This document shows, piece by piece, positions 53,485 to 61,446 of a stretch of 64,000 nucleotides of DNA. The stretch's first letter is position 1, and each line of letters begins with the position of its first letter. The notes under the pieces were generated by a model. That model saw only the letters and a list, made by a program, of their open reading frames with translations, was not told the origin of the DNA and ran no database searches. Origin of the DNA: Clostridia bacterium (GTDB lineage: Bacteria; Bacillota; Clostridia; Christensenellales; QALW01). The translations under genes were made by a program, and so were the position numbers. Where the stretch lies: NCBI GenBank assembly GCA_017502165.1, contig JAFVVO010000012.1, forward strand, positions 6,174 through 70,173. The letters run 5' to 3'.

Positions 53485-54426
53485 TTAAGATTTATCCTTT
53501 AATTCCTCACTCATTTGATGAATCTTGATAAACCGCTTATTAAGAGCCGATTTAGTAGTTCTTCCGCTTATCTGTGCAAGCTGGGAAAGGGTTGCGTCGG
53601 GATTGTTAAGCCGAAGATCGCAGGCTTGCTTAAGAGCAGGCGTAAGGAACACCTTCGCCTTAAACAACGCATTTATATCCTCTATCTGTCTTTGTGCGGC
53701 GTTAATTGCCTTGCCGGTATTTGCAAAGAAGCAGTTATCACTGCGGTTAAGGTTATTTTTTACATCCTTTTGAACCCGCACCTCTTCAAACTCCAGCATA
53801 GCGTTTGCCGCACCGATAAAAATAAGTACGTCGGAAATATTTTCCATCTGGTTAATATAAATTACGTTTCTTTCTTTACGCTTAGCTATCCTTGCCTGAA
53901 TATTATTTTCTACCAGCTTCTCAAGCAAAACTCCTGCAAACTCATCGTGAGAAAGCACGAATTCCATTCTGTAATCCTTTTGAGGATCACAAAGAACACC
54001 GCAGCCTAAAAAAGCACCGCGAAGCATCGCTTCAAAGCAGCCTTCAAAAGAAAAAATCTCTTTGTTAAGCTCTCCAAAGCTATAATCGTCTGCCGAGCCC
54101 GTAAGCAAGCCTATCTCAAAAAGCAGCTTGCCTTCAGGATTTTGAGGCATAATTTCAATTGAATAGCTTATATGCTTTTTAGGTTGATTTTTTTCTACTG
54201 CCTTGATTTCTACAAAGCAGGAATATAACCGCTTAAGCATAGCGGCAACACGCATTATAATTTCTTCGTTTTCACTTGCAAGCTCAAGAGAAAGAGCACC
54301 TCTGCCCAGCTTAATATTGCCCGAAGAAAAGCTGAAGCCGGCTAATTCCGCCAAAAGCTGTGATTCCTTACCGAATTTTACCTTTGCAAGCTCCAGACGG
54401 GTTACTGTTGAGAAAGATTTTTCCAT
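53485..54426 (-). CDS. whiA: sporulation/cell-division regulator WhiA
   Basis: 313 aa with a degenerate LAGLIDADG-like N-terminal domain and a C-terminal HTH (TLSQLAQISGRTTKSALNKRF). Confidence 0.9.
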   Translation of the reverse strand: MEKSFSTVTRLELAKVKFGKESQLLAELAGFSFSSGNIKLGRGALSLELASENEEIIMRVAAMLKRLYSCFVEIKAVEKNQPKKHISYSIEIMPQNPEGKLLFEIGLLTGSADDYSFGELNKEIFSFEGCFEAMLRGAFLGCGVLCDPQKDYRMEFVLSHDEFAGVLLEKLVENNIQARIAKRKERNVIYINQMENISDVLIFIGAANAMLEFEEVRVQKDVKNNLNRSDNCFFANTGKAINAAQRQIEDINALFKAKVFLTPALKQACDLRLNNPDATLSQLAQISGRTTKSALNKRFIKIHQMSEELKDKS

Positions 54427-55289
54427 TTTTCCCCCTCAAGCTCTAAATCTCTGTGCTCGCAAGAAACGTCAAAGCCATCCTGCGCAAGTCTTTGGGCAAC
54501 GCTTTGGGCAAGGAAAACCGAGCGGTGATATCCTCCCGTACAGCCAATAGCATAAAACAACTCGTGCTTGCCCGAATTTGAGTAAGCAGGGATGATCTCC
54601 TTAAGCTGACTGTAAACTAAATTAACCGCTCTGTTAAATTCATCAAAGTTAAGCAAATACTGCTGAACACATTCCTCCAACCCACTGTGACTGCGAAGCT
54701 CTGCAACGTTATAGGGATTCGGCAAAAATCGCGCGTCAAAGACAAAATCTGCATCAACGGGCAGTCCCCTCTTAAACCCAAAGGAAGAAATCAAGGTGCG
54801 TACCGCCGTTGAGTTATTTGTTGCATAAAGCCTCTCAAGAGCGTGCTTAATGTTCTTAGGTTGCATTTTAGTAGTATCTATCAAATAAGTAGCGTGATTC
54901 TTAATTGGCTTAAGTATTTCGTTTTCCTTTTCAATGCACTCTAAAATCGTGCCGCAGTCATCTGCCAAGGGATGCACGTGCCTCGTGAAATTGTAACGGT
55001 TAACAAGAGCGTCCTTTTCGCAATGAAGATATAATACCTCAACCGGATAGTTATTGCTCTCCATATATTCAAGCGCCGCTTCAAAATCGCGGAAGAATTT
55101 TCTGCCTCTGGCGTCGATTCCTACCGCAACCTTCGTAAACTCCGTATTAGTCTGAAAGCACAAATCTGCAAATTTAGAAAGCAGAATACTGGGAAGATTG
55201 TCAACGCAGAAAAAGCCCATGTTTTCGAGCATTTTAAGACTTGTAGTCTTACCTGCTCCCGAAAGCCCCGTTACTATTACGAACTGCAT
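54402..55289 (-). CDS. rapZ: RNase adapter / P-loop nucleotide-binding protein RapZ (YvcJ)
   Basis: 295 aa with Walker A GLSGAGKTT and the C-terminal CTGGYHRS motif. Confidence 0.9.
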   Translation of the reverse strand: MQFVIVTGLSGAGKTTSLKMLENMGFFCVDNLPSILLSKFADLCFQTNTEFTKVAVGIDARGRKFFRDFEAALEYMESNNYPVEVLYLHCEKDALVNRYNFTRHVHPLADDCGTILECIEKENEILKPIKNHATYLIDTTKMQPKNIKHALERLYATNNSTAVRTLISSFGFKRGLPVDADFVFDARFLPNPYNVAELRSHSGLEECVQQYLLNFDEFNRAVNLVYSQLKEIIPAYSNSGKHELFYAIGCTGGYHRSVFLAQSVAQRLAQDGFDVSCEHRDLELEGEKWKNLSQQ

Positions 55290-55308
55290 TTTTCTCTCCC
55301 TTTCTCTT

Positions 55309-56073
55309 TTAAGCCATACCCTCTCTTAACCGCTTGGGTATATACTCCTGATTAAGATTCAATATGTTTTTTTCGTCGATACCTGCCTCCAAAGCCAAAG
55401 CGAGCATTTGCTCAACTTGTCCAACCTTTTCAGGATGATGCGCATCTGAAGACAGTAAAAATTTTACATTTGTTTTTGCTAAAAACACAAGCTGTTCAAG
55501 TGACAGTGAGCAATGCTTATTATTAAGCTCAATGCACGTATCCGTATCTTCCGCCGCCTTAGCAATACGCTCCAAATCAAAATCAGGCATACTTGTTCCT
55601 AAATGTGAAAGCGCATCTATTCTGTAACGGTGCATAGCGTTAACAAGCGCACGTGTGTTAATCTCTTTAAGCTTTTCTCTGTCGCGAATGAATTTTCTGA
55701 ATAAATTTCGCCAAACTATTTTTATTACGTTTCGTTGCTTTGTGCCTTTTACAAAATAGTGCATTCCCACTAAAACAACGTCAAAAACGTTTTCAAACTC
55801 TTTAGGAAGGTCTATCTCTCCCTCAGGTGAAATAAGGTCAGCTTCAACTCCAAAGTACATCTTTAATTGCGGAAACGCCTTTTGTGCTTCGTCAAATTCT
55901 TGGCGCGCTTCCTTAATTTCCTTTGCGTGCAGTCCGCCCGCTATAATAAATAAGCCGTGTTCGGTGATTGCCAGGCTTTTCAAGCCCTTTTTAACGGCTT
56001 CCTTGGCATTTTCCATGGCACTGCCTTTGCCGTGGCTGAAGCTTCCGTGTGTATGAAAATCTCCTGTAATCAA
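55309..56073 (-). CDS. PHP-domain (histidinol-phosphatase-like) metal-dependent phosphoesterase
   Basis: 254 aa with DFHTHGSFSHG, ITEHG and SSDAHHP motifs. Confidence 0.7.
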   Translation of the reverse strand: MITGDFHTHGSFSHGKGSAMENAKEAVKKGLKSLAITEHGLFIIAGGLHAKEIKEARQEFDEAQKAFPQLKMYFGVEADLISPEGEIDLPKEFENVFDVVLVGMHYFVKGTKQRNVIKIVWRNLFRKFIRDREKLKEINTRALVNAMHRYRIDALSHLGTSMPDFDLERIAKAAEDTDTCIELNNKHCSLSLEQLVFLAKTNVKFLLSSDAHHPEKVGQVEQMLALALEAGIDEKNILNLNQEYIPKRLREGMA

Positions 56074-56077
56074 ATCC

Positions 56078-56986
56078 TTATTCCTCTCCGATAGTAATTA
56101 TCTCGGGCTCAAGCATTGTGCCATACTTACTGAAAACTACCTCTTGAACGTGATGTAAAAGCTTTGTTACGTCATTGGCAGTAGCGTTTTGATAATTAAT
56201 CAAAAATCCTGCATGCTTTTGTGAAATCTGAGCGCCGCCAACAGTACAGCCCTTAAGACCGCAGGAATCTATCATTGCCGCCGCAAAGCCGTCCATGGGA
56301 CGCTTAAAGGCGCTTCCTGCGCTTGGATATTCAAGTGGCTGAGTAGTTCTTCGTTTTTGAGCAAGCTCCGCTATTTTAGCTTTTATTTCGGCCTTATTGC
56401 CCTTTTCAAGACGAAGCTTTGCTTCCAGCACAAGCATATTGGTATGTGAAAAACAGCTATGCCTATATGAAAAGTCAAGCTCATCCTCGTTAAAGGTTTT
56501 AATTTCGCCGCTTTCGGTTAATGCGGTTACTGAAAAAACAACGTCCTTTAATTCTCCCTTATAGGCACCTGCATTCATAACGATGCCGCCGCCCAAGCTT
56601 CCGGGAATACCTGCCGCAAACTCAAAGCCCGATAAGCCGTTATCAGCGCAGATGCAAGCAAGCTTGCTGAGAGAAATACCGCTTTGCGCGGTGATAATTT
56701 CACCTTCAACAGTAGTCTTGGCAAAGTTAGCTCCAAACTTAATAACGATGCCTCTGATACCCTTATCGCGCACTAAAAGATTGGATCCATTTCCGATAAA
56801 AAACGTATCAATATTATTTTCTTTTGCCTTTGAAATTATTAAGGTAAGTTCTTCTATTGACCTTGGCTGAACGAGAATATCTGCCTTGCCGCCAATTTTC
56901 AAGGTAGTGTAATCGCACATAGGTGCGTCAAAAATATAATCAAAATCACCTTGGGTGATAAATTGCTTCATTGAATCAACGGACAT
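56078..56986 (-). CDS. murB: UDP-N-acetylenolpyruvoylglucosamine reductase
   Basis: 302 aa with an FAD-binding domain (FFIGNGSNLL) and the C-terminal MurB domain (PSAGSAFKRP). Confidence 0.95.
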   Translation of the reverse strand: MSVDSMKQFITQGDFDYIFDAPMCDYTTLKIGGKADILVQPRSIEELTLIISKAKENNIDTFFIGNGSNLLVRDKGIRGIVIKFGANFAKTTVEGEIITAQSGISLSKLACICADNGLSGFEFAAGIPGSLGGGIVMNAGAYKGELKDVVFSVTALTESGEIKTFNEDELDFSYRHSCFSHTNMLVLEAKLRLEKGNKAEIKAKIAELAQKRRTTQPLEYPSAGSAFKRPMDGFAAAMIDSCGLKGCTVGGAQISQKHAGFLINYQNATANDVTKLLHHVQEVVFSKYGTMLEPEIITIGEE

Positions 56987-57054
56987 ACTGCCCCTCCTAC
57001 AATATACTCTTTAACATTATATCAAAAAACGCTAAATATTTCAATGCTTTTTTG

Positions 57055-58125
57055 TTAATTAATCGGTGTTTTCAGCTTTTGCAAGGACTTTTCCCACTCT
57101 GCCTGACCTTTGGCGGTTTGAAACAACATCGTATCACTCTTAAAATTGATGGTTTTTATTTCGTTCCACCAATAGTTCATATTCTCGTTATTGTATTGCG
57201 GAAGTGCGTCAACTCGGACGGGAAATAAGCCAATGGTGCCTAATTTATTTTGCTGCTCCGGCTCCAGTAAAAATGCGATAAAATCCTGCATTGTGGCAGT
57301 TTTCTTTTCATTTTCGCACTTCAAAATTCCAATATACTGAAATAAGTCTGAATATCCTAAAAATTTGATATCACCTGCACGGGCTTTTTCTCTTGATTTT
57401 GCGGCTTCAAGGCGGTAAAAATCCCGTTGCGTGCCTACTATTCTGTTAATATTTTGGGAGTAATTATACCCTTCAAAAAGCTCCTGCGGAGAGGCCGTTT
57501 TTAATGATAATTCAGCGGAAAAATTGCCCGATAAATGCTCTAAATTTTTGGCGGAATTATAACCCTGTTTAATCGGCAAACCGACCGAAAACACTGACTT
57601 TTTAGCCTTTTTTGCGGTGATGATTTTTCCGTCTGTTCCCCACTGATTTTCATCCCCTTGACCAAACATAAAGTATGCGCCCATACACCAGGGAATTGCG
57701 TTTTCAAGAGTTATTTTTTTGACGCTGGGATGGATGTTTTCAGTTTCGATTTTTAATGCTTCGAAATCAGCGGAATTAAAGTCGCAATCGGCGCCGAAGG
57801 AAATTAAATCGGGGCGTTTTTGGCCGCTTGAAATCAGTTGCTGAGCAAGGGTTGATGAGATAGTTTCTACGTTGATAAAAACACCGTTGTTACGCCGTTC
57901 AAAGCCCGCCACGACTGACTTTAGCCAATTTGCTCTACTACCCGTGCCGCCCTCAAATGAGTCGATTTGCCAAAGGGTTATAACACCATAGAAATACTTC
58001 TCTCTCCTACGATACATTTCGTCGGTAATTTTGTCTTGATTAAGCTCACCATACAAATTTTTGGGCACAAAAATCATACAAATAACCAGTAAAATTGACG
58101 TTAAAATACGAAGAAAAAGTTTCAT
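57055..58125 (-). CDS. hypothetical membrane-anchored extracellular protein
   Basis: 356 aa with an N-terminal TM/signal and a GGAGG RBS. It bears only a weak resemblance to solute-binding-protein folds. Confidence 0.5.
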   Translation of the reverse strand: MKLFLRILTSILLVICMIFVPKNLYGELNQDKITDEMYRRREKYFYGVITLWQIDSFEGGTGSRANWLKSVVAGFERRNNGVFINVETISSTLAQQLISSGQKRPDLISFGADCDFNSADFEALKIETENIHPSVKKITLENAIPWCMGAYFMFGQGDENQWGTDGKIITAKKAKKSVFSVGLPIKQGYNSAKNLEHLSGNFSAELSLKTASPQELFEGYNYSQNINRIVGTQRDFYRLEAAKSREKARAGDIKFLGYSDLFQYIGILKCENEKKTATMQDFIAFLLEPEQQNKLGTIGLFPVRVDALPQYNNENMNYWWNEIKTINFKSDTMLFQTAKGQAEWEKSLQKLKTPIN

Positions 58126-58143
58126 TTAGCCTCCAAAAATGCG

Positions 58144-58183
58144 TTTTATAGGGTTTTATAGGGCGTTATAAAGCTTTATAGGA
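58144..58183. repeat. 4 tandem 10-bp repeats (TTTTATAGGG-like) abutting the RBS of the 57055..58125 gene
   Basis: TTTTATAGGG / TTTTATAGGG / CGTTATAAAG / CTTTATAGGA. A fifth dispersed copy, CTTATAGGG, is at 58238-58246. Confidence 0.75.
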
Positions 58184-58301
58184 ATACAAAGCGTATTAAA
58201 AAGACATAAAAGGTTAACCTGCAAGAAGTTATGGGCTCTTATAGGGATTAAAAGGGAATGAATTGTAAAAAGCTTTAATTTTATTCAAAAAAAATCATAC
58301 T

Positions 58302-58342
58302 TTTTTTAATTTTTAATCCTCATTTTTTAATTTTTAATTCCC
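58302..58342. repeat. two direct copies of TTTTTTAATTTTTAAT(C/T)CC with a 21-bp period
   Basis: Copies at 58302-58319 and 58323-58342. Confidence 0.65.
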
Positions 58343-58404
58343 TTTTTTTTAATAAATTATATGCAGCGTTTTTATTATTTTGAATGAAAAACAAAAAACA
58401 AAAA

Positions 58405-58426
58405 CTACCCCGAAAATTCGAGGTAG
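58405..58426 (-). terminator. terminator after the GH140-like gene
   Basis: CTACCTCG-AATTTT-CGGGGTAG (one mismatch) followed by TTTTTG on the minus strand. Confidence 0.55.
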
Positions 58427-58471
58427 TTTTTTGTGAAAATTTACTTGTTTCTACAGATAAAACTTTTATAA

Positions 58472-61351
58472 TCAGTTTTTAACCATATAGAATACGAAGT
58501 CGTGACCAACGGGTTTTTCGCCAATTGCGTAGGTTCCGTTAGAGACTGTTTTTGTACCAACAGAAACGAACTGACCGGTGATGGGGTTAAACCAACCAAC
58601 AGTGTAGGTACCGTTTGAAAGGCCCTTAACTGTACCGGTTACGTTAGTGTTTCTTGTGGTGGTATCAGGATTGATATACCACTCGCTACCATTAGACTGA
58701 AGATTGCCTAAGGGAAGGTTGTAGCCACCGTCACGCATAATTGAAATTTCAATCTTATCGTTATCGGAAAGTTCTGCGGCGGTTACTGCGGCATCGTGAA
58801 CGGCAAGTGACTTAGTTGTATCGAAATAAGTTTTTGCCTTTGCTGCGTTCTTATATGCAGTGCTCATAAAGCCGGTTGCACCGTAGGTGTTGTTGGTTGC
58901 GTGGTAGGTGCTGTTGTTGATGCTGCAATCACCGAAGTAAATAACAGCTGCACTATCACTTCTCATCATTGACCAAAGGAGGTCGCTTGAAGCGGCACCA
59001 AAGTAGCTTGAGTTACCCCAGGCAGGTCTGAGTGATGAAAGTGAAACACCACTTTCAGTAAAGAACTTATTGATATAACCCATCTGAACACCTGAATTGG
59101 AGTTGAGTGAGTCAATATAAGTTGCGTACTGTTTAATTTCGGTAGTAATATTACCGTTATGCTCGTCAGTGCTATGCTCATAGCAATGGTAACCATTCTT
59201 ATAGCTCCAGGTGTCATTTGCACCGAAGGCAAAACCTGCCCATCCGTTCATAAAGGCGTACCAGGAGCGATAACGCATGGTGTAGTTATTGGTCTTAAGC
59301 CACAAGTAAGCAGGCTCGTAGTTAACGGCAGGCTTGCTTGAGTTGTTGTAGTAATCCTGCGAAATAACGATGTCGCCACTGTACTGGCCGGAATAGTTAT
59401 AAGCGTTTCTATTCCACCAGCAAGGTGAAACCTGAGCACCAAAGAAGGAGTGACCCTTGATTGCAAGGAAAATTGAGTTTCCTGAATCTTTGTTGCCTTT
59501 GTAGATGCCTGCTGAATAGGTGGTTTGAGGAGTTCTTTGTGAGAACTTTTTGCCTGCATCAGATGCTAAATAATAAGCATCGGTAATGCCGCCACCGTAA
59601 ACGGATGCACCACTAGCGCCTTCCTGATGAGCAGTTAAGGGCTGTGAATAGGGATCGAATTCAGCAATGCCTTCTGCAATAAGGATATAGGGGTTGGTAA
59701 GTGAGCACCAGTTCCAAGTTTCAAGGAAGTTATAAGCGGTGCCTACTGTTTCAACGCCGTCACGGATAATTGTAACGTCTGCCTTGTCTTCACGGGTTCT
59801 GCCAAAGTAGAAGTCGTTATCGATTTCCTGACCGAGAGACCACATTGAAGGATATGCGGCATAGCGTGCTACCCAGTAACGAGCAACAGAGCGCATCTGA
59901 GCATAGAATTCGTCGTTAAAGTCATAACGAACAAGATATTCAGTCATATTATCAAAATCGTTAACGCTACCGTTAAATACAACGTAACGGTCAACGCCCA
60001 AACCAACGATAGTTTCGTGAATAATCTTTGCGTTGCTTGCATTCTGGCTTGCAATACTGTTAAAATCGCTTGCAGAAATGCGAACGGGAGTGCCGCCCAC
60101 GCCGTTAGTTACAACGGTCTTATAATAAGCAACAGGCAGAGAGGTATCCATTCCTCCGTAGTTGGGGATAAGCATCTTCATATACTGAGGGAAGATAAGC
60201 TGAGCATTTGCATTCACAAGGCCTTGGTCGGCGATGATATCAAATGCTTCATCAAGACGGGTAAAATACTTAATTGCATTATCGGTACCGGTAATGCCGG
60301 CGGTAATACCGCTTAAAAGCTGAGTGGAGCCGCCACCTGAGGGCTGGGTTTGAATAACAGTGTAGCCCTGCTTTGCACGAGTCTCAGCCATAAGCTTAGT
60401 AAGATGCACGCGTACCTTATTGGAGGTACCGGTATACTTATAGCCTGAGGGCATTGAAGCGTCTGCTTCATAGCCTGCAATAGCAACGTCTGCTTCTACG
60501 ATTTCGTCAACGATGTTCCAGTGGGTATCGGCAACGTAGTAGAAGGGAGTACCATCAGCATAGGTGAAGTACTTGCCATTTTCGGTTACGAAGCCGTGCT
60601 GATAAATAGCGTGGTCGGAGGAGGAAGCCTTTACACATTCAACGGTGCCGTTCTGAACGGTTTCAAGAGCAGTGCCACTGATGGTATAGTTCCAAACACC
60701 TGCTTCGGTAAAGGCAATGCGAACCTTATACTCGGAGCCACCGTTCCAGAAGCCGGGCTGAGTAATGGTGGTGCCGGTTACAGTATTGGTTGCGGTAATT
60801 GCTAATTCGTAATTGTTATAATTCTTTGCAGGCTTACCGATAAGGGTAAACTCTGCCATTTTCCAGGTTGTTGCTTTTTCCGGAGAAGCAAGCTTAACGT
60901 CTTTAGCGATCTCAAGGCGAACCTGGTCAACGTAAATGTTTTGAACTGCTTTACCCTTCATTAAATCAAGGCAAAGGCCAATAGATCTGCCTGCTTTTGC
61001 ATCGGCAATAGCGGCTTCATCAATATAAATTGCTTCGGTAAATCTGTTCCAAACACCGTCACCCTTATACTTGATGGTGGATAAACCAACGTATGAATCA
61101 CCTTTTGCAATGCTTTTGAAATAACCTTTGTCATTTCTTAAGCAGGCGTGAGCAATATCGGAGTTATAGGATGCATTGCCGGTGCCTTTTTTTGCGGTGG
61201 TGCAATAAGTAAGCCAATAGGTTCCGGGGCGTGAAAGACGAGCAATCTGGCTTGTTAAATCAAGCTGGAAGGATTGATAATTTTCAGCATTTGTCCAGTT
61301 AGTAGTGTCAAACTCCAACCCAATTGAGTTGGAGTTTGTTGTATATGACAC
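58472..61351 (-). CDS. large extracellular glycoside hydrolase-like protein (CBM-like + DUF5060-like + DUF4038/GH140-like + C-terminal beta-sandwich); possibly the downstream part of a frameshifted larger gene
   Basis: 959 aa from a GTG with no RBS and no signal peptide. Motifs: QPGFWNGGSEYKVRIAFTEAGVWNYTISG, YADGTPFYYVADTHWN, and the C-terminal YTVGWFNPITGQF. Confidence 0.6.
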   Translation of the reverse strand: MSYTTNSNSIGLEFDTTNWTNAENYQSFQLDLTSQIARLSRPGTYWLTYCTTAKKGTGNASYNSDIAHACLRNDKGYFKSIAKGDSYVGLSTIKYKGDGVWNRFTEAIYIDEAAIADAKAGRSIGLCLDLMKGKAVQNIYVDQVRLEIAKDVKLASPEKATTWKMAEFTLIGKPAKNYNNYELAITATNTVTGTTITQPGFWNGGSEYKVRIAFTEAGVWNYTISGTALETVQNGTVECVKASSSDHAIYQHGFVTENGKYFTYADGTPFYYVADTHWNIVDEIVEADVAIAGYEADASMPSGYKYTGTSNKVRVHLTKLMAETRAKQGYTVIQTQPSGGGSTQLLSGITAGITGTDNAIKYFTRLDEAFDIIADQGLVNANAQLIFPQYMKMLIPNYGGMDTSLPVAYYKTVVTNGVGGTPVRISASDFNSIASQNASNAKIIHETIVGLGVDRYVVFNGSVNDFDNMTEYLVRYDFNDEFYAQMRSVARYWVARYAAYPSMWSLGQEIDNDFYFGRTREDKADVTIIRDGVETVGTAYNFLETWNWCSLTNPYILIAEGIAEFDPYSQPLTAHQEGASGASVYGGGITDAYYLASDAGKKFSQRTPQTTYSAGIYKGNKDSGNSIFLAIKGHSFFGAQVSPCWWNRNAYNYSGQYSGDIVISQDYYNNSSKPAVNYEPAYLWLKTNNYTMRYRSWYAFMNGWAGFAFGANDTWSYKNGYHCYEHSTDEHNGNITTEIKQYATYIDSLNSNSGVQMGYINKFFTESGVSLSSLRPAWGNSSYFGAASSDLLWSMMRSDSAAVIYFGDCSINNSTYHATNNTYGATGFMSTAYKNAAKAKTYFDTTKSLAVHDAAVTAAELSDNDKIEISIMRDGGYNLPLGNLQSNGSEWYINPDTTTRNTNVTGTVKGLSNGTYTVGWFNPITGQFVSVGTKTVSNGTYAIGEKPVGHDFVFYMVKN

Positions 61352-61446
61352 ATCAGAGCAGGCGGTATTAACGGAAACGTTAGCACTGCCCCAGGGCTCT
61401 ACGCTACTCTGGTTGGGGGAAGAAGTCGCTGAAGCTCCGTCCCAAA

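Noticed and set aside
58144-58342. The short direct repeats might be a degenerate CRISPR array.
   Set aside because: The units are only 10 bp and contiguous with no spacers, or 18-20 bp with a 3-nt gap. No cas genes are present and there is no repeat-spacer periodicity of 50-70 bp.
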